Of a stretch of 64,000 bases of DNA, positions 13,301 through 26,329 are shown one piece after another. Each line of letters opens with the position of its first letter. Positions within the stretch are counted from its first letter, which is position 1. Source of the DNA: Pecten maximus (lineage: Eukaryota); the NCBI RefSeq assembly GCF_902652985.1, contig NC_047017.1:5456001-5520000 (forward strand), in the 5' to 3' direction. A program made the translations under genes and the position numbers. The notes under the pieces are model-generated. The model had not been told where the DNA came from. It saw only the letters and a program-made list of their open reading frames with translations, and made no database searches.

Positions 13301-14099
13301 TGGGAATTCTAAAGAGGTTGATATGCTGAAGTCACAAGTTCAAGACTTGAAGGAAAAGTTAAAAAATCTTCATTTGCAAATGGATGAGGACATGGAAAAT
13401 TCAAAGCACAGGGCTGGCACAATGCAAAAAACTATCGTGTCACTTCAGGAAAAACATAAACAGGACATAGCTACAATGGACGCGGAGTGCAAACAGCGCG
13501 TTGGTGAAATGGACATAGAATTGAAAAAACAAAGGGAGAGAACTGTGTCGTTACTGTCAGAAAAAGATAGTGAAATTGGACATTTAAAAGCTGGTAATGT
13601 TCAAGGATCCTATTATAGTCACTTAAGGAATCCGCCGGATTCAGGTGCATCTGCAGAACTACCGCTGGACGTGCTTCAGTCAAAGTCTGAGGAAGAACGT
13701 GCCGTGTCGCGGCTGCTAAATCTAGGACATGGTGACGCAAATCTAATTTATTTCAGTCAGGAACAAGCGCGTAAGGACGTGGAAATAAACTCTTTAAGGA
13801 AACAAAAACACGAACTCGAACTGGCACTAAGAGATCTACAGATTTCTGCTAGTACACAAGCAGAATCTCTAAAAGATACTCTTGAAAATATGAAGGAATC
13901 GGTTAGAAAGAGTGAAAGAGACAGAGTACGAGAAGGGGCAAATTTGGAATATTTGAAGAATGTCACCTACAAGTTTCTCATAAGTACAGATCCACATGCT
14001 AAACAACAAATGATGAACGCTATCACAACAATTCTACAGTTTAGTCCACAAGAGAAGGCTGTGGTTCATACACAATTCAGAGGGTGGTGGAAACATTAA
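7327..14099 (+). CDS. GCC1: GRIP and coiled-coil domain-containing protein 1 (trans-Golgi golgin GCC88)
   Basis: Exons 7327-7417, 8076-8270 (one extra A at 8134-8137), 9068-9196, 9844-9933, 10567-10695, 11532-11726, 12253-12640, 12967-13091 and 13296-14099. All are GT-AG and phase-consistent once the 1-nt insertion is removed. N-terminus DLVKTIESQKEQLQRYEKRLRDMVQAYKGLLKEKEALDAS, internal EQNDHASMLRELQRLL and EEFERYKLRAQSVLK, and C-terminal GRIP domain ANLEYLKNVTYKFL…TILQFSPQEK all match GCC1. Confidence 0.93.
7461..7750 (+). mobile_element. Degenerate tRNA-derived SINE in GCC1 intron
   Basis: A-box-like and B-box-like head (AAGTTAGAAC … GATTCAAGTCC). Tail AAAATGACCCTGGCTGTTCACGGGGGATAAACCCAGCAAACAAACA resembles the other SINE tails in the window. 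Confidence 0.5.
10250..10420 (+). mobile_element. V-domain SINE fragment
   Basis: GGTTTTCTCTGGGTACTTCGGTTCCCTCCC at ~10318-10348 matches the V-SINE core seen at ~22635. Confidence 0.5.
10940..11490. repeat. ~69-bp minisatellite in GCC1 intron
   Basis: Unit TGTGCTTAGTTTACAGTTCATGTGTACCTTGTCATAGTTTGCTGTGTGCCTTGTCATCAGAACTTTA; it explains the 23-aa-repeat ORFs. Confidence 0.9.
11888..11979. repeat. Perfect ~46-bp tandem duplication
   Basis: GCAGAAAATGATGTCAAGATCAAATGATTGTCTTGGTAGTGAAAAA occurs twice in a row. Confidence 0.9.
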
Positions 14100-17080
14100 T
14101 AAGGGGAGGCAACTCTGTTTAGAGGATTCCAGGGCCATTTTCGTTTATGCGGTCCAAATGGTTGGTCCAGTTGAACTGGTGTCGTTCGTATATATGAAAT
14201 AAAGACGGACCTGGCGGTTTGATATTTTTTTCAGACGAGCCTTGACATAGACTCCCAAGGCCTGTAAACGAACAGGCCCCTGTGATGGAAATACTATCAA
14301 GAGAAGGAAGAAACATTAGTAAGGGGAGGCCACTCCACTTAGACTGTTGAAGCAGATGGCCTCAGACCACAATTAATTTCCCTCTTTGTTCTACCAAAGA
14401 AAAATCGAAATTAAAATATTTCAGAAGTTTGCAAAAAATCTGGCTTTCACATCACGTGTAGAACTATTCAAGCTGAACATACAGTGAGCTGGAAAGTACC
14501 TCATGACCGGCATTTAACAAAGTTATTTATATTTAAGTGTAACCACCCTACTATATTGTAGGAAAATCCGGAAAATCACAAAATATTACTACTCAAGCCT
14601 TATAACTCCCCGTGTCCTGCCTCACAAACAAACATGGAAATGGTGTCAAAACAAAATTCTGCCACTAGATTACATATTGCACTATAAATCTATGCTAAAA
14701 TTATGTCCATATCTGTAACAGCTAAGTCAGGAAAAAATATTTAGCAACAGTCCTGAAATTTCAATATGTACTACATTCGTGTACAACGACCCGGAAGTAT
14801 AATTGTGGTCTGAGGCCTGTATGGTACACTGTTCCGAGAATGATGGAAACACCAGTGACGGGATGTCTCCGTTGTATTACACTTAAAAATGTAATTTGAG
14901 ATGCGTTGAAATTTTTTAGGAGAATATTTCTTTTTGAAATATCTACACATTTAAGGTCATTATAGTAACATAGGAAAATGAAATTTTTGGGTGTACTTGT
15001 TTTTGTTTACTTCTTATTGGAAATCATGAAAACTAATTAGTGGAATTAGGAGCATGAAACAACGGTTTGATGTCATAAAAAATCATTTTTGATCCATCCT
15101 GAGGATCTATGGATAGAGCCCGAAGGAGTAAATTGCTGAATTTGGTTTTATAGGTAACCATGTTGTTCAGGCCCCAAATTACAATATTTTATCCATTAAT
15201 TTAGTTTAACACTCTACAAGAATTTTGATGGGCAGTTTAATTGGTTTGACAGTTCACAATGCAGCTCTAGAAAAATATGTGTTGGTCATGTTTCATCTTC
15301 ATTTTTGCAAAGTCAGCAAATTCACAATTCCTCCCAGTGAGAGATTCTCCTCTATAAAACAATTAGAGGTAAATCAGAACTTAGATGAGCATTATGTACG
15401 GCCCTAGAGCCTCTTGTTTTACAAACTATTGTCAAAAGATCTTTAATTTGTATACCAACATTATATGGAATTAAGAAAGTTAATCTTTCTTATGACAGGA
15501 ATGTAATTATTAGATAGTCTGATTGCTGTCAATGCATGTATGAAATCTTGTTTTTACCAGTCTTCCTTGTAACTACAATGGAAAAAAATCCTATGTTGAG
15601 AGAAATTTGCTTGTTCAAAAAATGTCAAAATATAAATTGTAATTTATTTTCATTACTAATAGAAGTAACTTTGAGGTACCTTATCCAATAATTACTCTCT
15701 GTATACATCTTTCTTCATGCTGTCAAACTTTCAGTTCCCCATGCCAGTAAAATCTGTAATACGTATAGCCTACTGTTAATTTCACTCTCCTTCGTAATAA
15801 TTTCATAAGGTGTGTATACCTGGTTAGTGTATTTGTAGTCACAACCATGAACATATAGAAAGTTAAAAGGTGATGATTACTGCCCTATATACCAAGATGT
15901 TTTCTGTCAGTAGACACAATATTAAAGACTACTTCTCCTGAAGTACTGGTCAGATTTCAATGAAAAATCGTATATACTTTAACAATGTGTAAGGTTAACT
16001 GTAACTGTCAATTGTGCAGTTTCTTTTCTTGTCAATTTGTACAATTAAACATTGGTAACTTATGCATTTAAAACCAAATGTTCATCCTGAGGAGATACGG
16101 GAAGTTACCGGTAGCCAGTATCATACAGCTCTTGTTTCAGTGGTTGTGCAATAGTATCAATTGTTTTGTAAATTGTAGAGGTAATTAATCATACTTCCTA
16201 CAACTGAGAGAGAGAGTGTATAGTGGTTGAACAATGAGATAAAAATATCTTTTTGATTATGAGACTGAACCTGTTCATTTGAATGGACAAACCAGTAAAT
16301 TTGATCTAAAATCTTAAATTTGAGGATAAATCGTGATGAATGTTGATGGAGTCCTATAAAGTCTTTATAAAAATTTCACTACGAAGTTAAGTAAGATCAT
16401 TAATTCATTAAAGAAATGGACATCTTTAGTCCAACAAGTCAACCTGTTTGAACTGTGATAAAAGAAAATGATCCACACATATTTGATTAATAACACTGTT
16501 TTCAGTTATAAGGAATTTAAAACTAGGCATATATTTGAGAATTTTTTAATGGATACAGAATGAACCCTAGACAAGAATTGTAATATTGCCTTCTTATTTT
16601 AAAACACAAATTGCTGTCTTGGTCATCTACAAAAAAAAAGACCTAGAATTTTTGTTATACATAAATTTGTAGCAGAACTGGACTGACCTGATCGCCAGAG
16701 ACCAAGTGGTTAAAATGGTTAGAGCATCTGTCTACAAGGCGAGTTCGGTGTAGTTTGAAGTACACAAACTGGGCCCAGTACGCTCCTGTTACATATTCAT
16801 CGGGAATTTCAGCACTTTTAATGTAACCTTAAGATTTCCTCTACTGAATTTTTTTTTTCTTAAATTGAAGAAATAAGAAGTAGTAATTAGAGTGTTATAA
16901 CATCTGTTCTATATCCTCTGATCAGGCGACAGGGAACTATATAAGGATAATATTGTGGACAAGTGTTTTTGTGATATAAAGTTTTCTATACATATAATGT
17001 ATATGAATTTTAATTGTCCATTTTGAAAACTGGAATATTATATTCAAACAGTTTGTGCAATTGATGTTACAATGTTTTCG

Positions 17081-20000
17081 TGATACGTCTGCAGAATCAA
17101 TAAATACAAGGACGAGTTAGAGAAAGTGAAAGAAGAATTTGAACGATACAAACTTCGGGCACGTCTGTACTCAAAAACAAAAGTACAAAGGTATGTGATA
17201 ATTACAATGCAATGGATAATTCATGTATGTGTAATGTCACTTAAAAGCATTTTGCTCTTTTAAGTACCTGGGTATTTGGATATTGTCTGGTTATGAAAAA
17301 AAAAACTATTATGAATTTAATTGTCTCTGGGTGTGTTTGTTCATTTGTGATTATTGTGTATACATATATATATAATTATATCACCATTCCAGGATTTGGG
17401 AATTCTAAAGAGGTTGATATGCTGAAGTCACAAGTTCAAGACTTGAAGGAAAAGTTAAAAAATCTTCATTTGCAAATGGATAGGACATGGAAAATTCAAA
17501 GCACAGGGCTGGCACAATGCAAAAAACTATCGTGTCACTTCAGGAAAAACATAAACAGGACATAGCACAATGGACGCGGAGTGCAAACAGCGCGTTGGTG
17601 AAATGGACATAGAATTGAAAAACAAAGGGAGAGAACTGTGTCGTTACTGTCAGAAAAGATAGTGAAATTGGACATTTAAAAGCTGGTAATGTTCAAGGAT
17701 CCTATTATAGTCACTTAAGGAATCCGCCGGATTCAGGTGCATCTGCAGAACTACCGCTGGACGTGCTTCAGTCAAAGTCTGAGGAAGAACGTGCCGTGTC
17801 GCGGCTGCTAATCTAGACATGGTGACGCAAATCTAATTTATTTCAGTCAGGAACAAGCGCGTAAGGACGTGGAAATAAACTCTTTAAGGAAACAAAAAAC
17901 ACGAACTCGAACTGGCACTAAGAGATCTACAGATTTTCTGCTAGTACACAAGCAGAATCTCTAAAGATACTCTTTGAAATATGAAGGAATCGGTTAGAAA
18001 GAGTGAAAGAGACAGAGTGCGAGAAGGGGCAAATTTGGAATATTTTGAAGAATGTCACCTACAAGTTTCTCATAAGTACAGATCCACATGCTAAACAACA
18101 AATGATGAACGCTATCACAACAATTCTACAGTTTAGTCCACAAGAGAAGGCTGTGTTCATACACATTCAAAGGGTGGTGGAAACATTAATAAGGGGAGGC
18201 AACTCTGTTTAGAGGATTCCAGGGCCATTTTCGTTTATGCGGTCCAAATGGTTGGTCCAGTTGAACTGGTGTCGTTCGTATATATGAAATAAAGACGGAC
18301 CTGGGGGTTTTGATATTTTTTTTCAGACGAGCCTTGACATAGACTCCCAAGGCCTGTAAACGAACAGGCCCCTGTGATGGAAATACTATCAAGAGAAGGA
18401 AGAAACATTAGTAAGGGGAGGCCACTCACTTAGACTGTTGAAGCAGATGGCCTCAGACCACATTAATTTCCCTCTTGTGTTCTACCAAAAAAATCGAAAT
18501 TAAAATATTTCAGAAGTTTGCAAAAAATCTGGCTTTCACATCACGTGTAGAACTATTCAAGCTGAACATACAGTGAGCTGGAAAGTACCCCATGACCGGC
18601 ATTTAACAAAGTTATTTATATTTAAGTGTAACCACCCTACTATATTGTAGGAAAATCCGGAAAATCACAAAATATTACTACTCAAGCCTTATAACTCCCC
18701 GTGTCCTGCCTCACAAACAAACATGGAAATGGTGTCAAAACAAATTCTGCCACTAGATTACATATTGCACTAAAATCTATGCTAAAATTATGTCCATATC
18801 TGTAACAGCTAGTCAGGAAAAAATATTTAGCAACAGTCCTGAAATTTCAATATGTACTACATTCGTGTACAACGACCCGGAAGTATAATTGTGGTCTGAG
18901 GCCTGTATGGTACACTGTTCCGAGAATGATGGAAACACCAGTGACGGGATGTCTCCGTTGTATACACTTAAAAATGTAATTTGAGATGCGTTGAAATTTT
19001 TTAGGAGAATATTTCTTTTTGAAATATCTACACATTTAAGGTCATTATAGTAACATAGGAAAATGAAATTTTTGGGTGTACTTGTTTTGTTTACTTCTTA
19101 TTGGAAATCATGAAAACTAATTAGTGGAATTAGGAGCATGAAACACGGTTTGATGTCATAAAAAATCATTTTTGATCCATCCTGAGGATCTATGGATAGA
19201 GCCCGAAGGAGTAAATTGCTGAATTTGGTTTTATAGGTAACAATTTTTTTCAGGCCCCAAAAAAAAATATTTTATCCTTTATTTAGAAAAACACTCACAA
19301 AATTTTGATGGGCAGTTTAATTGGGTTTGCAGTTCAAATGAGCCTGAAAAATATTTTTGGTCTTTTTCCCAATTTTCTTTTTTTGCAAAGTCGCAATTCC
19401 AATTCCCCCCATGAGAGATTCCCCTCTATAAAAAAATTAGGGTAAATCAAATTTTTAATGAGGCTTTAGTCGGCCCTAACCTTTGTTTACAAACTTTTGT
19501 AAAAGATTTTTAATTTGTATCCCAACATTTATGGAATTAAGAAAGTTTTTTTCTTATGAAGGAATGAAATTATTAGATAGTCTGTTGTGTTAAATCATGT
19601 ATAAAATTTTGTTTTTACCATTTTCCCTTGAACTAAAATGGAAAAAAATCCATTTTGAGGAAATTTGCTTGTTCAAAAATGTCAAAATAAAATTTGTAAA
19701 TTTTTTTTCATTAAAATAAAGTCTTTGGGTCCCTTTATCCAAAATTTAAATTCTTTACATCTTCTTCATGCTTCAAATTTTTCATTCCCCATCCCCTAAA
19801 ATCTGTAAAAAAGATACCTATTTTTAACCCCTTCCTTCGTAAAAATTTTTAAAAGGTGTGATCCCTGGTTAGTGTTTTGAGTCACAACCAAAACATAAAA
19901 AATTTAAAAAAGTATGATTCTCCTTATACAAGATGTTTTCTGTCGTAGAAAATATTAAAGCTATTTCCCTAAGACTGTAAATTTCAATGAAAAATGTATA

Positions 20001-20580
20001 TACTTTAAAGTGAAAGGTTAACTGTAAAATGTCCCAAATTTGCAGTTTTTTTTCTGGGGAATTTTTACAATTAAACATTGGTAACTTATGCATTTAAAAC
20101 CAATGTTTTCCTGAGGGGATACGGGAAGTTCCGGTAGCCGTATCATCCGCCTTTTTTAGTGGTTGTGCAATAGTATCAATTTTTTTGGGAAATTGTAGAG
20201 GGAATTAATCATACTCTACCACTGAGAGGAGAGTGTTAGTGTTGAAAAATGAGATAAAAAAATTTTTTTTATTATGAGACGAACCCCCATTTTTTGAAGG
20301 CAAACAGTAATTTGATTAAAATCTTAAATTTGGGGATAAATCTGATGAAGTTGATGGGCCAATCTTATAAAAATTTTTCTACAAGTTAAATAAATCTTAA
20401 TTTATTTAAAAAATGGACATCTTAGTCCCCAAAGTCAACCCGTTTTAACTTGTAAAAGAAAAAGATCCCCCATATTTGATTTAAAAACACTGGTTTTTTT
20501 AGTTTAAGGAAATTTAAAAAAGGGATATATTTTAAAAATTTTTTTAAAGGAAACAGAATGAACCCAGACAAAAATTTTAA
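17081..20580 (+). pseudogene. GCC1: Second, frameshifted copy of the GCC1 3' end (12980 to ~16580); probable assembly artefact
   Basis: Starts mid-exon (TGATACGTCTGCAG, offset ~4.1 kb) and keeps the intron. It differs mainly by 1-nt indels up to ~19240, then collapses into homopolymer-inflated sequence. Confidence 0.85.
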
Positions 20581-21081
20581 TCTCTACATTTAGCCTCTCT
20601 TTACTCAAACTTCTCTCTAGCTCTAGTACCACCAGTTTGGATAGCTATATACAAAAGGGAATCCAGTACCTTGAGATTACTTTTGTATAAAAGGTATATG
20701 GTAATAAATTATTTTATATAAACTATAGAACGTCTTTGGTATTTTTTTAAATTTAGCTCATATGGTACAGAGTACCTGTGAGCTTATGGTATGGTACAGG
20801 AGTGGGCGTCCTGTGTCTGTCAGTCCAACTTTTAACCTCTTTAAGAAATCTATAAGCAACTTGGAATTAAATGGTAAGGAGGTATCTGGAACAGAGTACA
20901 TGTAAATTTCCTCATATGAATGACTTTGACTTGTTTTCAAGGTCACCTGGGTCAAGAAAATCTTAATCTCAGTAGTACTATAAGACATGAAGACCTTATA
21001 TATTTGACCATTAGGTACCTGCTATAAAAGAGTTGTAAAGTTTTCTCATGGCAATGAACTATTTTCAAGGTCATAGGAGTT

Positions 21082-22502
21082 AACAAGAGGCCCAGGGGCC
21101 TTAACGGTCATCTGACTCTAAATTAAAACCCTTATATTATTGTAGTATGCATTCTCTGTAGCAAGTATATAGTGGCACTGTTGGCCATGGTCGCCATCTT
21201 GGATTTCTGAACAACCCAATAAATAACAACACTTGGTGTGGACCATCTCAGGATCATTTCTGGTAAGTAAGAGCTGAATTCCACCGGTGGAATTTGAGAA
21301 AAAGTTTGAAATAGGTGTTGTTCAGGAAAACCATGATTGCGCAATCATGTTACAAAATGGCCGCCATTGCTGCCATGTCAAAGTTTTTACGAGGCCAAAA
21401 AAATAACAACACTTTGTTGGCCCTGCTTCCTTAACATCTTCACCAATTTCCAGCTCAATGGCACCAGTGGAACTGGAGAAGAAGTATAAAATGTGTTTTT
21501 CAAGATGGCTGTCATGGCAGCCATCTTGGATTTCTGGCCGACCCGATAAATAGCTACACTTGGTAAGGACCATCTCAGGATCATTTCTGGTAAGTTAGAG
21601 CTGAATTCCACCAGTGGAATTTGAGAAGAAGTTTGAAATAGGTGTTGTTCAGGAAAACCATGATTGCGCAATCTTGTTACAAAATGGCCGCCATATTGCT
21701 GCCATGTCAAAGTTTTTACGAGGCCAAAAAAAAACCACTATGTTGGCTCGCCTTCCTTGACATCCTCATCCATTCCCAGCTCAAAGGCACCAATGAACCT
21801 GGAGAAGAAGTTTAAAATGTGTTTTTCAAGATGGCGGCTATGGCGGCCATCTTGGATTTCTGACCGACCCGAAAATAACAACACTTGGTCGAGATCATAT
21901 CAGGATCATTTCAGGCAGGTTTTAGCTCAATAGCACTGGTAGAACTTGAGAAGAAGTTTAAAATGTGTTTTTCAAGATGGCGACCTCAGCGGCCATCTTG
22001 GATTACGGACCGACCTGAAAAATAACAACACTTGGTTGGGATCATATAAGGATCATCTCAGGCAAGTTTCAACTCAAAAGCACTGGTGGAAGTTGAGAAG
22101 AAGTTTAAAATGTGTTTTTCAAGATGGCGGCTATGGCGGCCATCTTGGATTTCGGACTGATCTAAAAAATAACAACACTTGGTCGGGATCATATCAGGAT
22201 CATTTCAGGCAAGTTTCAGCTCAATAGCACTGGTGAAACTTGAGAAGAAGTTTAAAATGTGTTTTTCAAGATGGCGGCTATGGCGGCCATCTTGGATTTC
22301 GGACCAACCCGAAAAATAACAACACTTGGTCAGGATCATTTCTGGCAAGTTTCATGTGAATCCCACTGGTGGAACTTGAGAAGAAGATTGAAATGTGAAA
22401 AGTTTACGGACGGCGGACGGCGCACAGCGCACGGCGGACGACGACGGACGAAGCACGATGGCTATAGGTCATCCTGACCCTTCGGGTCAGATGACCTAAA
22501 AA
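21082..22502 (+). mobile_element. Intact Helentron-associated (HINE/DINE-like) non-autonomous element with internal satellite
   Basis: 5' AACAAGAGGCCCAGGGGCCTT…GGTCATCTGAC (small inverted repeat plus subterminal repeat), internal tandem monomers of 146-147 bp, (GACG)n-like microsatellite at ~22405-22450, 3' hairpin AGGTCATCCTGACCC-TTC-GGGTCAGATGACCT, then an A run. This is the established HINE layout. Confidence 0.8.
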
Positions 22503-22522
22503 CTCACATTCTAGAGGATTAA

Positions 22523-22730
22523 GAGGCCCTGGGGCCAAGTGGTTTACTGTACACTTTACCACTAGCCCTCCACTTCTTGGATGCGAGTTCGAAACCCACG
22601 TGGGGCAGTTGCCTAGTACGGACCGTAGGCCGATGGTTTTTCTCCGGGTACTTTGGCTTTCCTCCACCTCCAAAACCTGGCACGTCCTTAAATGACCCTA
22701 GCTGTTAATAGGACGTTAAACAAAATAAAA
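22523..22730 (+). mobile_element. Full-length tRNA-derived V-domain SINE (RUDI-like)
   Basis: A box (GGCCAAGTGG), B box (GAGTTCGAAACCC), V core GGTTTTTCTCCGGGTACTTTGGCTTTCCTCCACC, and tail …GCTGTTAATAGGACGTTAAACAAAATAAAA. Confidence 0.8.
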
Positions 22731-23722
22731 TGAGGCCTGAGGTTTTGTCCACAGGTACATGTACCAAGGATCACAGGGACTTGAGAATTAGTTACAGTCT
22801 ATAACTAATTCTCAAGTCCATGTACCTAGGATAGAGTGTTGTTAATTGCCTTATATGATTGATCTTGATCAAATGAGTAAAATTAATTTGAGAGTTTTCA
22901 TCTCAAGTTCAATGAGGCCCGAGAACCTGCTGAAAAGTGCAGTGAAATTTCTGATGCCAATGACCTTGACTTATTTTCAAGGTCACAGGCTTCAAATATG
23001 TTAAAAACTCCAAACCAGCCAGAGGCCTTATACATGTATTTTGCCAGTGATTGTTGTCTCATCAGTTTGCTATATAGATTCCTCATATGTTTGACCTTGA
23101 CCTACTTCCACGGGTACTGGAGAGAAAAGTTAGATAATAGAGAAAATGTCCTGGAGAGTCTTAGAAGAGCAAAAGGCCTGATATTTTGCCAACAGGTACC
23201 TAAATAAGAATTCTATAAAAAAAATTTGAAGACAAGTGACCTTGTCCTATTTTCAAAGTCACAGTGATGAAATATTTTTAAAATTTCAAAAACTTCTTCT
23301 CAAACATCACTATCATTAAGTCAACATGAAAACATGATATAGTAAATTTTGTCAGTTTGCCTTATCAGGAGTTACTGACCATGTGAGAGATTCAGGCCCA
23401 CTGGTCCTCTTGTAAGGCCACATGGACCTGTAGTGACAAGGACATCTTATCTGGTATAACAAATGGCTTGGCTCCTTATGGAAGAAAAATGGAGTTAAGA
23501 AAAATACTCCTGGAGTAAACTTTAAGTGGGTAGTTTTAAACTAATTTGACATTGGACTTTCCTGGGGAAAGGGTTCAGTGGGGTTTTATCTTAAAACTGT
23601 GTTGCCGAGTACACTTAAATGAATTTTAATCTGTTGAGCATTGGACTCCTCAAAGCCATATAGATTCATCACTATATTAAAGAAAAGCATGGTTCTTTCA
23701 AAGGTGAAGTAAGGGGTCCAAT

Positions 23723-23846
23723 CACAGGCGTCTGCATTTGTATTTATAGAAATAATACCAGCCCCTAATCCTACTACCTACTATATCAGAATGAGGAGGT
23801 TATATTTCTTCCATAATTATGTACTGACCAAATGCAGACGGCTATG
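23723..23846. mobile_element. 124-bp MITE with 7-bp TSD (P-element-like termini)
   Basis: TIR CACAGGCGTCTGCATTTG / CAAATGCAGACGGCTATG; exact flanking direct repeat GTCCAAT at 23716-23722 and 23847-23853. Confidence 0.75.
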
Positions 23847-26039
23847 GTCCAATGGTGGAAATGTTTGCAAGGGCAGTATGTTTGAGAAAACGATTTAAAT
23901 GTTATTTGGTTACTTTCATTCAGTGTTTTTCATTAACTGTGACCAGCTGATATGAAACTCAAAACAGTTCTATCTAGTTTCTTACAGGGTTGTTTTTGAC
24001 CTCTTGACCTCCATCAAGCAGTGTTGAAAAAGAATCATAATTTTATCTTCCTGTAATTCACAGGGGCTTGACATAAATTCCCAACCAATATTACATATAA
24101 CATGTTAATAAACCGTGTTCTTCTGGTATTTGTGCCAGCTCAATGATCACGCGTTATACAATATCGTAGCGCCCTCTACTCATTCTCCTACACCCGCGAA
24201 TTTAAATATATCGCCAAAAATGTTCAGATTTGCAGCCGAACTAGACTTTAAAATGTCTGCCAATATTAACATAATTGACAATGATGTTCCTAGCTTTAGA
24301 GCTAGACAATAAATCACGACATTTTAACAATAATCACCAGTTAATGACATCAAATCCCAAACGTACAGCCGAGGCTTCACCAACTGTTGTGGATGGCTGG
24401 ACTCGCCTCGTTCCGAACAAGCCCCCCAGTCACGTGGAGTCTCTCTTGAGACGACGTATCCTAGATTGGACATTGTAAATATGAGTGAAGTGATGGATAG
24501 TGGGGAATGTCATGTTATTTATCGGTTATGATATAGTGTGGTCAATATTGACTATTGTCTCCATCAGCAACCACATCATTGTCAATTTTTGTTGTCTAAA
24601 CACAATGAAGTTGTTCGAATACTTGTATCGGGCACGGTTTGTTTTCCTACAATACATTGTACAAATACATACAATTAGTGCCATATATTCTAACACGTAT
24701 AAACGGATTCTCTGACGTCAACACGACATCACAGTTCGATACTCTGGAGTGGTAAACAAAATATATATCCAATAGCAAAATGTCAAAGCAACATAAAAAA
24801 CATATAAAATTAAATACCCCCGATAATCGGGGGCTAAACAAGAACGAAAATGTTATTCAAGGACATCTACATATAGATATCCGATGAGCTTGTCTTCAAA
24901 ACGTACACATAGAAAAGTTGTTTTTTCATTTTGCGCTTTAGTTGGCAAAAACGCCGAAAATGGACGAGTGTCAGAATTTTGTTTTCCGCGACAACAAAAC
25001 GACATCAAAGCGACAACAAAGCGTTGATTTTGTTCCGTTTGCTGTCCCTGTTTGACATACAACTCCATGGATATAGCTAGTTGACGGGGTCACATGTACA
25101 TGTATTATTAACGTTTGAAGTCTAAATTATTTTCACACAAAAAAAATGCAAAGAACAATTCGTGACTGAGAATGGCGCCTTTTCGTCTTTTCATGACGAC
25201 ACAACACTATCGATTGGTACGTTCTCGTGTTGGATAGGAAGACGATATACCAAATAGGAAAAACAAAAAGGCAGAAAAATAAATAGATCACATATCGACT
25301 TGTAAACAACTACCAGTGGATGATAGGAAACTATGCATCGAGTATCGATCAAATGTATTGAACAGTGATTGTTTTAGCTTATCGTTATGTCAAAATAGTG
25401 TATATCTTAATCGTAATGCCGAAATAATTCTGTAGTCTAAAGAGAACCGGTGATAAAAACAATATACAATACAGAGGTCTGGTCGATAAAGTATAGAGCA
25501 ATTACTCTGATGAGAAACATTCTGCGTACATCAATTCTATACACGTTAATATTCCCAATAGAGACTGGCCAATGGACGTTCAGAGAAGATAACCATTTTG
25601 ATTCTATGTGATGTTGTACGTACAATTTTATTTGTTTACTTGAGGCTGGTGTATTCCCTTGGGGTTCTCCATACCGCGTGCGTAACTCTATGTCCGTAGT
25701 ACCGTTGGCACGATGTTTTTCTTTTTGTCCCCAAGGTCATACGATGTTTCTGAACAAATCTAGCACACAATTCCATAATTCAAATATTAACTGCCTTCAA
25801 CAGAATTTTAAGTTATTTTGATGTATACTCAAATTACGTACGTTTTGCGCTATGATCTAAGGGCACCGAGATTAGTTACAGTTTGCAAATATCTGGGGTA
25901 ATTCCAGTCCGATATGATTTCTGGGTTGGGTTTTGGATAACAGTTTATATGGAAAGATGTAGCGTCAGGGTGCCATTTATATATTATATTTATGGCAACT
26001 TAATTGAGTGAAGTCTTCTGGAAACTCTTGGGGTATGCC

Positions 26040-26170
26040 TTTGCTTTGTTTGTTTGTTTTGTTTAACGTCCTATTAACAGCCAGGGTCATTTAAGGACGT
26101 GTCAGGTTTTGGAGGTGGAGGAAAGCCTGAGTACCCGGAGAAAACCACCGGCCTACGGTCAGTACCAGGG
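26040..26170 (-). mobile_element. 5'-truncated copy of the V-domain SINE
   Basis: Reverse complement closely matches ~22610-22730 and ends in a (CAAA)n-type tail. Confidence 0.8.
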
Positions 26171-26329
26171 GTATACCTCTGAATCGCTGTTCTGGGTAGT
26201 TTAGTCCGAATTTATCGGACATCTTCGTATTCTGCGTGTCATTGACGCTAAGACAAGTTTAGTTGTTTATTTCTGACATACCGGTCGCTTTAAATGGTAA
26301 ACAAAAGTCGGCCGAAGTCCTACATATCA

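Larger units (their letters stand above)
20860..23413 (-). mobile_element. Old HINE-like tandem-repeat element hosting nested insertions
   Basis: The motif GACCTTGAC…TTTTCAAGGTCAC recurs on both sides of the 21082-22730 inserts. The right end reverse-complements to ACAAGAGGACCAGTGGGCCTGAATCTCTCACATG, the same type of start as the element at 21082. Confidence 0.5.

Noticed and set aside
17293-18212. A genuine GCC1 paralogue
   Set aside because: No 5' exons, many frameshifts with almost no substitutions, and a read-error-like gradient.
21132-22673. Cluster of 70-107-aa ORFs
   Set aside because: Translations of the HINE satellite monomers and the SINE; no transposase or helicase motifs.
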